Below are positions 29,536-38,700 of a stretch of DNA of 44,396 nucleotides, piece by piece. Position 1 is the first letter of the stretch. Each line of letters starts with the position of its first letter. The stretch spans positions 1-44,396 of the forward strand of contig JBJHBV010000002.1 in NCBI GenBank assembly GCA_050485705.1. The letters run 5' to 3'. The translations under genes were made by a program, and so were the position numbers. The notes under the pieces were generated by a model that was given only the letters and a program-made list of their open reading frames with translations, had not been told where the DNA came from and searched no databases. Origin of the DNA: Candidatus Vogelbacteria bacterium (GTDB taxonomy: Bacteria > Patescibacteriota > Minisyncoccia > Phycocordibacterales > XYD1-FULL-46-19).

Positions 29536-30910
29536 TAAAAAAGAATTAACCGTTTCCTTTTTTGGAGGGACAGAAAATGTTACCGGTTCTAATTTTTTGT
29601 TAGCTGGTGGTGATACTGAATCAAAAAAGATTTTAATTGATTGCGGTTTGTTTCAAGGTTCTAAGGTTTGTGATGATGCAAACCGTGAAAAGTTTCCTTA
29701 TAATCCAGCAGAGATAGATGTTTTGATTGTCACTCACGCTCATCTTGATCATATTGGTAGAATCCCAAAATTGGTAAAAGAGGGCTTTAGGGGAGAGATC
29801 TATTCTACTGCTCCAACCAAAGATATATCAGCCTTGTCTTTGATAGATAGTATGGGGGTAATGAGTAAGGAAGCTAAACAAGACAAAGCCCCTCTTTTAT
29901 ATGAAGAAGCCGATGTAAAGCAGGCTATGAGTTTGTGGCAAACTTTTGACTATCACGAGCCATTTGTGATTGGCGACTTTTCTGTTGTTTTTCGAGACGC
30001 TGGACATATTCTTGGTTCGGCTATGGTGGAGATAACCTATAACAAAAAAAAGATTGTTTTCACAGGAGACTTGGGCAATAGCCCTGCTCCACTTTTAAAA
30101 GATACAGAAAATATCACTGATGCTAATTTTTTGATAATGGAGAGTGTCTATGGTGACAGGAATCATGAAGCGGTAGAAGATCGTAATACTAAGTTTAAAG
30201 AGATCATTAAAGATACTATGAAACGAGGAGGAACTCTAATGATCCCGGCTTTTTCTATTGAAAGAACCCAAGTTATTTTATTTGAAATAGAGAATATGAT
30301 GGAGGCTGGTGAGATACCAGAAGTGCCGGTTTTTTTGGATTCTCCTCTGGCTATTGGAGTAACTGCTATTTACAAAAAATATCGTCGCTTTTTGAACAAA
30401 AATGTTAATTTTATTCATAATGCCGGTGATGGTATTTTTAAATTCAAACACTTGCGTTTGACTAAAGAGACAGAACAGTCCAAAGCTATTGTTCATGCTC
30501 CAGCTCGGAAAATCATTATTGCCGGTTCCGGTATGTCCAATGGCGGTAGGATTATTCATCATGAAAAACATTTTTTGTCTGATCCTAAAAGCACTCTCTT
30601 GCTACCCGGATATCAGGTGCCGGGAAGTTTAGGGAGAATGTTGCAAGACGGAGCTAAGACGGTCAATATTTTGGGTGAGACCATCCATGTAGCAGCCAAG
30701 ATAGAAAATGTTACTGGTTATTCAGCCCATAAGGATTCAGATCATTTATTGGAATTTGTAGCTCATTCAGCCGAAACTTTAGAAAAAGTTTTTGTAGTAA
30801 TGGGCGAACCAAAATCAGCTATGTTTTTAACTCAGCGTATTCGTGATTATATTGGTCTTGATGCCGTGGCTCCTAAAGCCGGAGAGACCGCAGTTTTGGA
30901 CTTCTCTTAA
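29528..30910 (+). CDS. MBL-fold beta-CASP family hydrolase (RNA-metabolising type)
   Basis: THAHLDHIG, DAGH, FTGDLG and a C-terminal HKD motif. About 460 aa. Confidence 0.8.
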   Translation: MNNKKELTVSFFGGTENVTGSNFLLAGGDTESKKILIDCGLFQGSKVCDDANREKFPYNPAEIDVLIVTHAHLDHIGRIPKLVKEGFRGEIYSTAPTKDISALSLIDSMGVMSKEAKQDKAPLLYEEADVKQAMSLWQTFDYHEPFVIGDFSVVFRDAGHILGSAMVEITYNKKKIVFTGDLGNSPAPLLKDTENITDANFLIMESVYGDRNHEAVEDRNTKFKEIIKDTMKRGGTLMIPAFSIERTQVILFEIENMMEAGEIPEVPVFLDSPLAIGVTAIYKKYRRFLNKNVNFIHNAGDGIFKFKHLRLTKETEQSKAIVHAPARKIIIAGSGMSNGGRIIHHEKHFLSDPKSTLLLPGYQVPGSLGRMLQDGAKTVNILGETIHVAAKIENVTGYSAHKDSDHLLEFVAHSAETLEKVFVVMGEPKSAMFLTQRIRDYIGLDAVAPKAGETAVLDFS

Positions 30911-30912
30911 AA

Positions 30913-30941
30913 CAAAAACATCTCTCTCGAGATGTTTTTGT
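30913..30941. terminator. bidirectional terminator
   Basis: ACATCTC-TCTC-GAGATGT hairpin with A and T tracts, between convergent genes. Confidence 0.6.
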
Positions 30942-31286
30942 TTATTTGACGTTTTCTACTATTCTACTGAAAGTTTCGGGATTGTCTTTGGCTAGAGTAG
31001 AAAGAGTCTTTCTGTCTAGGCCGATATTTTTCTTTTTAAGTTTGTCTATGAATTGACTGTAAGAAATTTCAAAAGGAGAGAGGGCTGCTCCAATTCTGGT
31101 ATTCCATAGTTGGCGAAAATCTCTTTTCTTTGTTCGACGGTGGGCATAGGCGTGTTGACCGGCTCTGATAACAGCTTGTTTAGCGGCTCTTTCTTTAGTG
31201 CTTCTACCAAAAATATAACCCTTTGCTCTTTGGAGAATGTTGCGCCTTCTTTTTAATGATATAACTCCTCTTTTTACTCTAGGCAT
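30942..31286 (-). CDS. rplT: 50S ribosomal protein L20
   Basis: MPRVKRGV sequence. Confidence 0.95.
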   Translation of the reverse strand: MPRVKRGVISLKRRRNILQRAKGYIFGRSTKERAAKQAVIRAGQHAYAHRRTKKRDFRQLWNTRIGAALSPFEISYSQFIDKLKKKNIGLDRKTLSTLAKDNPETFSRIVENVK

Positions 31287-31291
31287 GATAA

Positions 31292-31489
31292 TTATTGATT
31301 AACTTTCTGACCGGGCAAAAAACGACTGGCTTTTTTGTTGCTAATATCAAATTCAGCTAACTTTTTTCCGGTCAATTGCTCCAAGCGGGATTTTTTAGCT
31401 CTAAAATGATTTTTGTTTGGTTTACGAGCTAAAATCTTACCGTTTTTGGTTACTTTTAGTCTTTTGGTATATGATTTATTGGTTTTCAT
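31292..31489 (-). CDS. rpmI: 50S ribosomal protein L35
   Basis: Size, basic composition and synteny. Confidence 0.9.
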   Translation of the reverse strand: MKTNKSYTKRLKVTKNGKILARKPNKNHFRAKKSRLEQLTGKKLAEFDISNKKASRFLPGQKVNQ

Positions 31490-32012
31490 TTTTCTTCTTT
31501 TTGGTTTCTTTTTCTATGATAACGTAGAGGCCTTTAGGATTTTTCTTCGGTTCTTCGGCAATACGATACTCTTCCGGTATCAGGTTTAGTAATCTCTCTA
31601 AACGGTCTTGAAGAAAATTTTTGTCAAAATATTTTGACCGTCCCGGTAAAAACAATTCTATTTTTACTCTATGACCCTCCTTCAAGAATTTTCCAGCTCG
31701 GCCAGCCTTCATGGCTAAGTCATGATCTCCGGTCCCGATCTTGACCTGAATTGATTTAGTTTCGGTCGCGGTACTTCCCAGCTTGGCTTTTTTCTTTTTT
31801 TGTTGTTCTAAGTACTGATACTTGCCGTAATCCATTATCTTGGCTACCGGTGGGGTAGCAGTGGGAGATATTTCTATCAGATCAAGCCCTGCATCTTCCG
31901 CCAAACTTCTAGCTTTGTCGCTGTTAATAACACCAAGATTATTGCCTTCGTGGTCTATGACCCGAAGCTCTTTTGATGTTATTTGTTCGTTGATTCTTAC
32001 TTGATCGCTCAA
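31476..32012 (-). CDS. infC: translation initiation factor IF-3 (TTG start)
   Basis: INEQITSKELRVID sequence. GGAG lies 7 nt upstream of the TTG. Confidence 0.9.
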   Translation of the reverse strand: MSDQVRINEQITSKELRVIDHEGNNLGVINSDKARSLAEDAGLDLIEISPTATPPVAKIMDYGKYQYLEQQKKKKAKLGSTATETKSIQVKIGTGDHDLAMKAGRAGKFLKEGHRVKIELFLPGRSKYFDKNFLQDRLERLLNLIPEEYRIAEEPKKNPKGLYVIIEKETKKKKNENQ

Positions 32013-32071
32013 AATTTACTCCTAAAAAATAATGGCCTTCCGATAATTAGATCAGAAACGGCACGGCAGTC

Positions 32072-32100
32072 ATAATAATCCAAATAAGGCAAAAAGTCAA
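32072..32100 (-). promoter_or_regulatory. proximal promoter for infC
   Basis: Minus strand: TTGACT, 17-nt spacer, TATTAT. Confidence 0.45.
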
Positions 32101-32121
32101 CGATTTCTGGCTTTAAAGCAT

Positions 32122-32239
32122 TAAAAAAGCTTCCCGCTGCTACGCTAGGAAGCTCTAACTCAGACTCTACGAGAGTGCTGAGCGGTTTGCCCCACCTTGC
32201 AGGGGCTGGTCATTAATCTGCCCTCCTTCCTAAAGACTG
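32122..32239 (-). ncRNA. terminated ~115-nt leader or small RNA upstream of infC (L20-leader-like attenuator candidate)
   Basis: Three hairpins on the minus strand, the last being AGCTTCC...GGAAGCT followed by TTTTTT. The 5' UAGGAAG can pair with the terminator 5' arm instead. Confidence 0.5.
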
Positions 32240-32245
32240 TTTTTT

Positions 32246-32274
32246 ATTATATGTTACAGAAATGATTTAGTCAA
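32246..32274 (-). promoter_or_regulatory. distal promoter driving the leader or small RNA
   Basis: Minus strand: TTGACT, 17-nt spacer, TATAAT. Confidence 0.55.
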
Positions 32275-32327
32275 TATTTACCTCTTGGTCTCGGGCGGAG
32301 AATACTTAAATTTGCTAGAATTAAAAT

Positions 32328-32780
32328 ATGTCTACTTTGGTTCAAAACAAAAAAGCAAGCTTTAACTACGAACTCCTGGATTCTTATGAGGCCGGCTTGG
32401 ATTTGCTTGGTTTTGAAGTTAAGGCCTTAAAGCTTGGACGGGGGTCTTTGGAGGGAGCTTATGTCGTTATCAGGGGTGGTGAGGCTTTTCTGGTGGGAGC
32501 CAATATCCCACCTTATCAAGCCGGAAATACCCCTGCGGGCTATGACCCTTTGCGTCCTCGTCGGTTACTTCTGACCGGAAAAGAAATTAAGCTTTTGCTA
32601 GGTAAAGAGGCTGAAAAAGGGTTGACATTGGTGCCAATTTCGGTGTATAGTAAGGGAAAGTTGTTGAAGTTGAAGCTGGCTATTGCTCGAGGTAAGAAGA
32701 AATACGATAAAAGAGAAACTATCAAGAAGCGAGAAGCCAAGCGTGAGATGGATAGGACTTTGAAAAATAGAGTTAAATAG
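32328..32780 (+). CDS. smpB: SsrA-binding protein SmpB
   Basis: NKKASFNYELL...L.G.E.K sequence, adjacent to tmRNA. Confidence 0.95.
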   Translation: MSTLVQNKKASFNYELLDSYEAGLDLLGFEVKALKLGRGSLEGAYVVIRGGEAFLVGANIPPYQAGNTPAGYDPLRPRRLLLTGKEIKLLLGKEAEKGLTLVPISVYSKGKLLKLKLAIARGKKKYDKRETIKKREAKREMDRTLKNRVK

Positions 32781-32808
32781 TTAATAGTGACTAGTTAAGA
32801 GTTAATAG

Positions 32809-32838
32809 CAACAGATGGTTAAAAGCCATCTGTTGCTA
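32809..32838 (+). terminator. 12-bp hairpin after smpB
   Basis: AGCAACAGATGG-ttaaaa-CCATCTGTTGCT. Confidence 0.5.
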
Positions 32839-32885
32839 ACTAATAACTTTTAACTAATTTCTGATAACTATTAATAACTAACCAA

Positions 32886-33273
32886 GGGGATGATCGGCCT
32901 AGACAGTTGATCATACTTTTTATGTGCATACCGAGGGTCCGAAAAACCTCGCTAATCTCTTTCGGAGCACCATAAGTGCAAACGAAAATCAGGGGGCCGT
33001 TGTGTCTCCGTTTTCTCCAGCTTTCGCTTTAGCGTAAGGGCTGGCGTCTTACTTTTTGATTCTTGAGCGAAAAGATCAAGATGTCATACACTCAAGATAG
33101 GCAATAAGATAGTTTGGCCTTACTGCCGAAACAAACAAACTCGGTGACCGTGGATTTTTCTTGCTTATCACCACGGAAACTTAAATCATTCTTAGGGATG
33201 AAATAAACAAGATATGTATGTAGAGTCATAGGAAGTACTCATCTGCACGCGGGTTCGATTCCCGCCATCTCCA
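32886..33273 (+). ncRNA. ssrA: tmRNA
   Basis: 5' GGGGATG pairs with 3' CATCTCC, including a G3-U pair. T-arm is GCGGG-TTCGATT-CCCGC. Tag reading frame 32978-33037 encodes ANENQGAVVSPFSPAFALA then stop. CCA is not encoded. Confidence 0.9.
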
Positions 33274-33275
33274 CT
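33256..33275 (+). repeat. direct repeat copy 1 (tmRNA 3' end)
   Basis: CGATTCCCGCCATCTCCACT, identical to 33467-33486. Confidence 0.9.
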
Positions 33276-33466
33276 TGTTAAAACATTAGCGCCCTTTTTT
33301 GGGCGCTTTTGTTTTTTAAGTGGAGATGGAGCAAAACAACTACTTGTTTTGCGTCGGTAATCGAAGCCACGCAGTATATCCTGAGCCTAGCGAAGGATAC
33401 GAGTGGCCGTCCAGGAACCTTAGTATTTTGTGAATACTTGAAACAAAATACTTAGAATTCCGGGGA
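33276..33466 (+). mobile_element. 191-bp structured insert between duplicated ssrA 3' ends (integration scar or miniature element)
   Basis: Bounded by 20-nt perfect direct repeats. Contains an inverted copy of the repeat end (33318-33329) and hairpins at 33331-33352 and 33422-33452. Confidence 0.5.
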
Positions 33467-33486
33467 CGATTCCCGCCATCTCCACT
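33467..33486 (+). repeat. direct repeat copy 2
   Basis: Identical 20-mer, followed by a strong terminator. Confidence 0.9.
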
Positions 33487-33493
33487 CGACTAC

Positions 33494-33535
33494 ACAACAA
33501 AATACCACCTGTTTAGACAGGTGGTATTTTGTTGT
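33494..33535 (+). terminator. 18-bp perfect hairpin terminator
   Basis: ACAACAAAATACCACCTG-tttaga-CAGGTGGTATTTTGTTGT. Confidence 0.7.
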
Positions 33536-33604
33536 TTCGCTCGTGGCAAGCCACTCAAATGTCCATAAATTGCCAATAAAATTTTTAGCTATAGAATAAA
33601 ATAT

Positions 33605-33811
33605 ATGCCTGATATTTTAGTTCAAATAATTATTTCTCTTGCTGTTGGGATATCAATAAGCACTTCTGTTTCCCTTAGCTTCACCACAAAAGATAATCCT
33701 GCTAACATTAAAAGAGTTGTATTTTTTATTTTTTTATTTTTAACCATCGGCACCTATATTTTCTTGGATTTTTTTGGATTTCATTCTGTGATAATTAATT
33801 TCATTAGATAG
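33605..33811 (+). CDS. small two-TM membrane protein, hypothetical
   Basis: ORF only. Confidence 0.35.
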   Translation: MPDILVQIIISLAVGISISTSVSLSFTTKDNPANIKRVVFFIFLFLTIGTYIFLDFFGFHSVIINFIR

Positions 33812-33892
33812 ATTTTTAATTGAATATAGACAGGTTAGTATTTAATTTCTATAACTATTATTTTTGTAAAAATTTAAAACCAGTAGTCCTTA

Positions 33893-34636
33893 GTGTTCTC
33901 AAATGCTATCATTTCTTTAATGAATCTTCGTTTCATAGACAGTGGGCTGATTGAGCAAACAGCCCAAAAAGTTGGGGAGCTGGTTGGGCAATATGGTTTA
34001 GATGAGCAGATTTCATTGTTTGTTTCTGGTGGTTCGGCTTTGGTGGTGCTTGAGAAAATGGATGAAGGTGTCTTGGGAGATAATTTATCAATAATGATGA
34101 TTGATGAAAGATATGATCAGGATTCTCAGGTCAATAATTTCTCTCAATTAAAGGAAACAAACTTTTTTAAACAAGCAATAAAGGGGGGAGTTAAGTTTGT
34201 TGACACTAGTGTATTGTTGGGAGAAGATTTTGGTCAATATGGATTAAGATTTGCCGAAGAGGTTAATCGCCTGGCGAAAAATAAGGTGGTGGTTCTTTTA
34301 GGGTTGGGAGAAGACGGTCACACTGCCGGTATTATGCCTTTTGCTGATGAGCCGAATAAGTTTGCTGAGCTATTTGAAGGAGATGATTTGGCGGTTGGTT
34401 ATGATGCTTCAGGTAAAAATCCCTATCCTTTGCGGGTGACAGTAACTAATACTTTCTTGCGCAATCAAGTGGAAGCCGGGGTGGTCTTTATCTCAGGTCA
34501 AAAAAAGAAAGAGGCTTTAATCTCTGTTTTGCAATCCAGTGAAGATATGTCTATGATCCCGGGGAGAATCTTTCACTATATACCTCAATTGTCTATTTTT
34601 ACCGATATTGCCTCGTTGGAAGATTTAAATATTTAG
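33893..34636 (+). CDS. 6-phosphogluconolactonase / glucosamine-6-phosphate deaminase family protein
   Basis: GLGEDGHTAGIMP motif. GTG start, with an alternative ATG at 33920. Confidence 0.7.
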   Translation: MFSNAIISLMNLRFIDSGLIEQTAQKVGELVGQYGLDEQISLFVSGGSALVVLEKMDEGVLGDNLSIMMIDERYDQDSQVNNFSQLKETNFFKQAIKGGVKFVDTSVLLGEDFGQYGLRFAEEVNRLAKNKVVVLLGLGEDGHTAGIMPFADEPNKFAELFEGDDLAVGYDASGKNPYPLRVTVTNTFLRNQVEAGVVFISGQKKKEALISVLQSSEDMSMIPGRIFHYIPQLSIFTDIASLEDLNI

Positions 34637-34651
34637 TTAAATTAATTAAAC

Positions 34652-34680
34652 AAAAAAAGCGCTGGTCAGGCGCTTATTGT
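34652..34680. terminator. terminator between convergent genes
   Basis: AAGCGC-tggtcag-GCGCTT with a flanking A-run. Confidence 0.5.
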
Positions 34681-34681
34681 T

Positions 34682-35626
34682 TTACGACCAAATCTGCTTG
34701 AGAGCCATTGCTACAGCTGTGGGGTCGTGGTACAGCTCTCCCTTGCTGGTGGTCTCCAGTAGCTCAGCCGAGAAAACCCTCGGCTCTTCCACTGGAGGAA
34801 GGAGTTGAGTTTTCCCTTCTAGGGTGTACTCAATCATCCGCTCTTCCGGTATCGGGGAAGTGTTGCACAAGATTGCGTCACACTCCTTCCCGAGTCTCTT
34901 TTCTATCTGGTGTATGAAGTCACTGGTGGTGTAGTTGTCTGTCTCTCCTTGCTTAGTCATGATATTCATGACAATGATGATTTTGGCACGAGAATTGATG
35001 ATTGCTTCCTTCATGCCGGTTGGAAGTAATACGGGGAGAATACTGGAATACAGATCACCCGGGCAGATGATTATCCAGTCGGCTTTACTGATTGCTCGTA
35101 CGGCCGTATCGTCAGCACAGATTTCCGGCTTCAGATAGATATCCTCTATGGCGTGAACATCAGGATGCCACAGGGGATTTTGCGCAATCAGGTCGATGTT
35201 GGTCTCACCCTCCATGCTGCCAATTTTGAGTTTGGCACACAACTTGGAAGGAACACGAGAGATTGGTATGACCCGGTGAGGTTTGATTCGGCACAGCTCG
35301 AAGAAGATATCGAGCGCCATGTCGGGCTCAGTTACTTGCTCCAGCGCCAAAAGAAGAATGTTTTTGACCGAGTGGCCATGCAGACATCCCTCCTTGTAGC
35401 GATAAAGTAAGGCTTCAGCCAGTGTGGGGTTAGGGGACAGAGCGACAACACATTTGGTTAAGTCGCCCAAATACCCTAAACCATTGTATTCGTTGGCCAG
35501 TTTGCCTGTTGACCCTCCTGAGTCGGTAATGGGGCAGATCCCCGTGATTGTTATGTCTTGTAGGGTTTTCAGTCCTTTAAGGACTTGAGCGTGGCCCCCT
35601 CCGCCACCGATAGTGACAATGTTCAT
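34682..35626 (-). CDS. YvcK/CofD-like (UPF0052) family protein
   Basis: MNIVTIGGGGGHAQVLKGLK N-terminus, with GAGAGGAG upstream of the ATG at 35626. Visibly GC-richer than neighbouring genes. Confidence 0.7.
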   Translation of the reverse strand: MNIVTIGGGGGHAQVLKGLKTLQDITITGICPITDSGGSTGKLANEYNGLGYLGDLTKCVVALSPNPTLAEALLYRYKEGCLHGHSVKNILLLALEQVTEPDMALDIFFELCRIKPHRVIPISRVPSKLCAKLKIGSMEGETNIDLIAQNPLWHPDVHAIEDIYLKPEICADDTAVRAISKADWIIICPGDLYSSILPVLLPTGMKEAIINSRAKIIIVMNIMTKQGETDNYTTSDFIHQIEKRLGKECDAILCNTSPIPEERMIEYTLEGKTQLLPPVEEPRVFSAELLETTSKGELYHDPTAVAMALKQIWS

Positions 35627-35723
35627 TACAAAACTCCTCTCTATTTTTATTATTACCACCTTGGGATGATTAAATCAATCTCAGCTGGATTTTTCCCTAT
35701 TTTTACGCTACAATCACCTGGTA

Positions 35724-38700
35724 ATGAAAAATCCTATTAAGAAAAAACCTGTTTTTGGAGGCGGAGGAGGAATGCTGGGACAGTTTGGAGGTCAGGTTGT
35801 TATGACCCTTTTGATTTTTATTGTTATTGTTGCTCTCTACGCTTCTATTATTGAACAAAGACAAGAAACAGAAGAAATCTCAATTTCTGCTCTGGCTTTT
35901 GATGTTTCTGAGGGGCTAGTTTCTAGTATCGTGGTTCGGGGTGATGAACTTACTGTGACTTATGTTGATGGAACAGAGAGGACTTCTAAAAAAGAGGCTG
36001 ATATTTCTTTGTCCGAAACTCTGAACTTATATGGAGTAGAGAGAGAAGCTCTGCAAGCTTTAGAGATAGAGATAAAAAGTCAAACCGGATTTGCTTTTTG
36101 GGCTTTAAATATTCTACCCTTTCTGATTCCTATTTTGTTTATCCTTATTTTCTTTTGGTTTATTTCTCGTCAGGTTAGAGGAGCTTCTATGCAAGCATTT
36201 TCTTTTGGTCAATCTAGAGCAAGGATTATTGATCCTAATGACAAAAATCAGAAAGTTACTTTTAAGGATGTAGCGGGAGTTAAAGAAGCTAAAGAGGAGC
36301 TTTTGGAAATTGTGGACTTTTTGCGTAACCCAAAGAAATTCTTGGAAATTGGAGCTCGTATTCCCAAGGGTGTTTTAATGATTGGTGGCCCCGGAACTGG
36401 AAAATGTATTGTTGGTGATTCTTTAGTTTTGACAAACAAGGGGGTGATGGAGATTAAAGACATTCCTACTTATTATGCCGTTGATGAAAAAGACAGAGTG
36501 TCTGGTGCGGTTTTGCCAGCTATAGACGTGGAACAATCAATTAATGTTTCAGTACCCGCTTCTCATTGGTATGATTTAGGTGAGCAAAAAACTCATCGTC
36601 TAACTTTGAAAAATGGTTTAGAGCTTGAAGGGACTCCGGAGCATCCGGTTTTGGTTATGGGTGATGATGGTCAGTTAAGGTTTAAACATCTATCTGAATT
36701 GACAATTGGTGATTCAGTGGCTGTTTCTTTTAATAATCAAGCTTTTGGTCGTCATAAAGGGGTTGATGTAAAAACAGCCTATATGATGGGTCTTTTAACT
36801 GGTGATGGTAATTTAAGTCATGCCAGTCGGGTTGGTTTTACCACTACTGATCGTGAATTAGAAACAGTCTTTACTTCTTTTGTTCAAACTTATGATGAGT
36901 CTTGTAAGGTTAGTCGTGCTTCTGATGGTATTACTCAAGTAGCTACTTCTTGGAAGATAAAGAAGCATTTATACGATAACGGAATGTCATACTTGTTATC
37001 TTATGACAAAGTTATTCCACCGGCTATTTTACAAGCACCAAAAGAGATTGTGGCCGGTTTTTTGAGAGGACTTTTTGATAGTGATGGTTCTTTTGAGCGT
37101 TATGTGGTTAGTTATTCCACTGTTAGTAAAAAACTGTCTGATCAGATGATGGTTTTGTTGTTGAATTTCGGCATTAAGCCCAAGAGAAGGATTAAAATGC
37201 CGGTTGGATATAGTCATCCTCGACCGGTTTACGAAATTATTATCAGCGGAGAATCTTTAGAAGTTTTCCGAAAAGAAATTGGTTTTGGCTTAGGAAGAAA
37301 GAAGGAAAGATTGGATAATTATCTGACTACTCACAAAATAGGTAACACTAATGTTGATGTTTTTCCTTATATCAGTAATTTGGTCTACGCTTGTTGGCAG
37401 GTGATGAGTCAATCTGGTAAGAGCCAAGAGACAATATCTAAGCTTGTCTACAAAGTAAAGACCAGACAAAGAATTTCCAGATCTTCTCTTGGTTTGTTTG
37501 TTAAGGCTTTTGAAGAGAGTGGTTGTCATCACCCTGATTTTGATTATTTGAAAAGATTATTAAATCTAAATCTTCTCTTTTCTCCGGTCGTTAAGAATGA
37601 AACCGGACAAGCCAGAGTCTATGATTTAACTTAACCCAAGATTCATTCTTTCATCTCTAACGGTATAGTTTCTCACAACACTCTTTTGGCTCGCGCGGTA
37701 GCCGGGGAAGCCCATGTTCCTTTCTTTTATTTATCCGGCTCAGAGTTTGTGGAAATGTTTGTGGGGGTGGGTGCTTCACGAGTGAGAGATTTATTTAAGA
37801 TGGCGAAAAAGGCTGCTCCAGCCATTATCTTCATTGATGAAATAGATGCTATTGGCCGTCATCGCGGATCCGGTATGGGTGGAGGAAATGATGAACGTGA
37901 ACAGACTCTTAATCAGATATTGGTGGAGATGGATGGTTTTGAACCTAATGAAAAATTAATTGTAATGGCTGCCACCAACAGACCAGATGTCTTGGATCCG
38001 GCTCTTTTGCGTCCCGGGCGTTTTGATCGTCGGGTCGTGTTGGATCAACCTGATATTAAAGACCGAGAAGAAATTTTAAATATTCATGCTCGCAAGAAAC
38101 CTTTGACTGAAGAAGTAGATTTGCGAGTAATTGCAGAACGAACCCCCGGTTTTTCCGGAGCAGATTTGGCTAATGTGATGAACGAAGCTGCTATTTTGGC
38201 TGCCAGAGAAAACAGGAAAAAAGTTAGTCAATATGATTTTATTCGTTCTGTAGAAAAAGTAATGTTAGGTCCGGAAAGAAAGAGCCATATCTTATCAGCC
38301 CATGAGAAAAAAATTACCGCTTATCATGAAATAGGTCATGCCTTGGTTGCTTCTGTCTTGCCGGATTGTGATCCAATTCACAAGGTGTCCATTATTTCTC
38401 GTGGTCATGCTGCCGGTTATACTTTGAAATTGCCATTTGAAGACAGAAAACTTAACTCTCGTAAAGAATTTTTAGATGATATTGCTATGTCTTTAGGAGG
38501 GTATGCTACCGAGAAAATGATTTTTGGTGATATTACTACCGGTGCTTCCAATGATATTTCTGTTTCTACTCGTTTGGCCAGATCAATGGTCACTCGTTAT
38601 GGCATGAGCGATAAGGTGGGGCCGGTAGCCTATGATGTGTCTGAAGGCAAGTTTATGCCTGTTCCTGAAAATAGACCCAGTGCGTCAGAAGCTATGCAAT

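Noticed and set aside
32160-32213. Calling the 17-codon ORF upstream of infC a confident CDS
   Set aside because: It has a strong Shine-Dalgarno sequence and an ATG. However, it runs through two stable hairpins and has no conservation evidence, so it is reported only as an alternative within the attenuator finding.
34708-35410. Three plus-strand ORFs antisense to the YvcK-like gene
   Set aside because: This is the same GC-driven artefact. The minus-strand protein has a clear family signature and a Shine-Dalgarno sequence.
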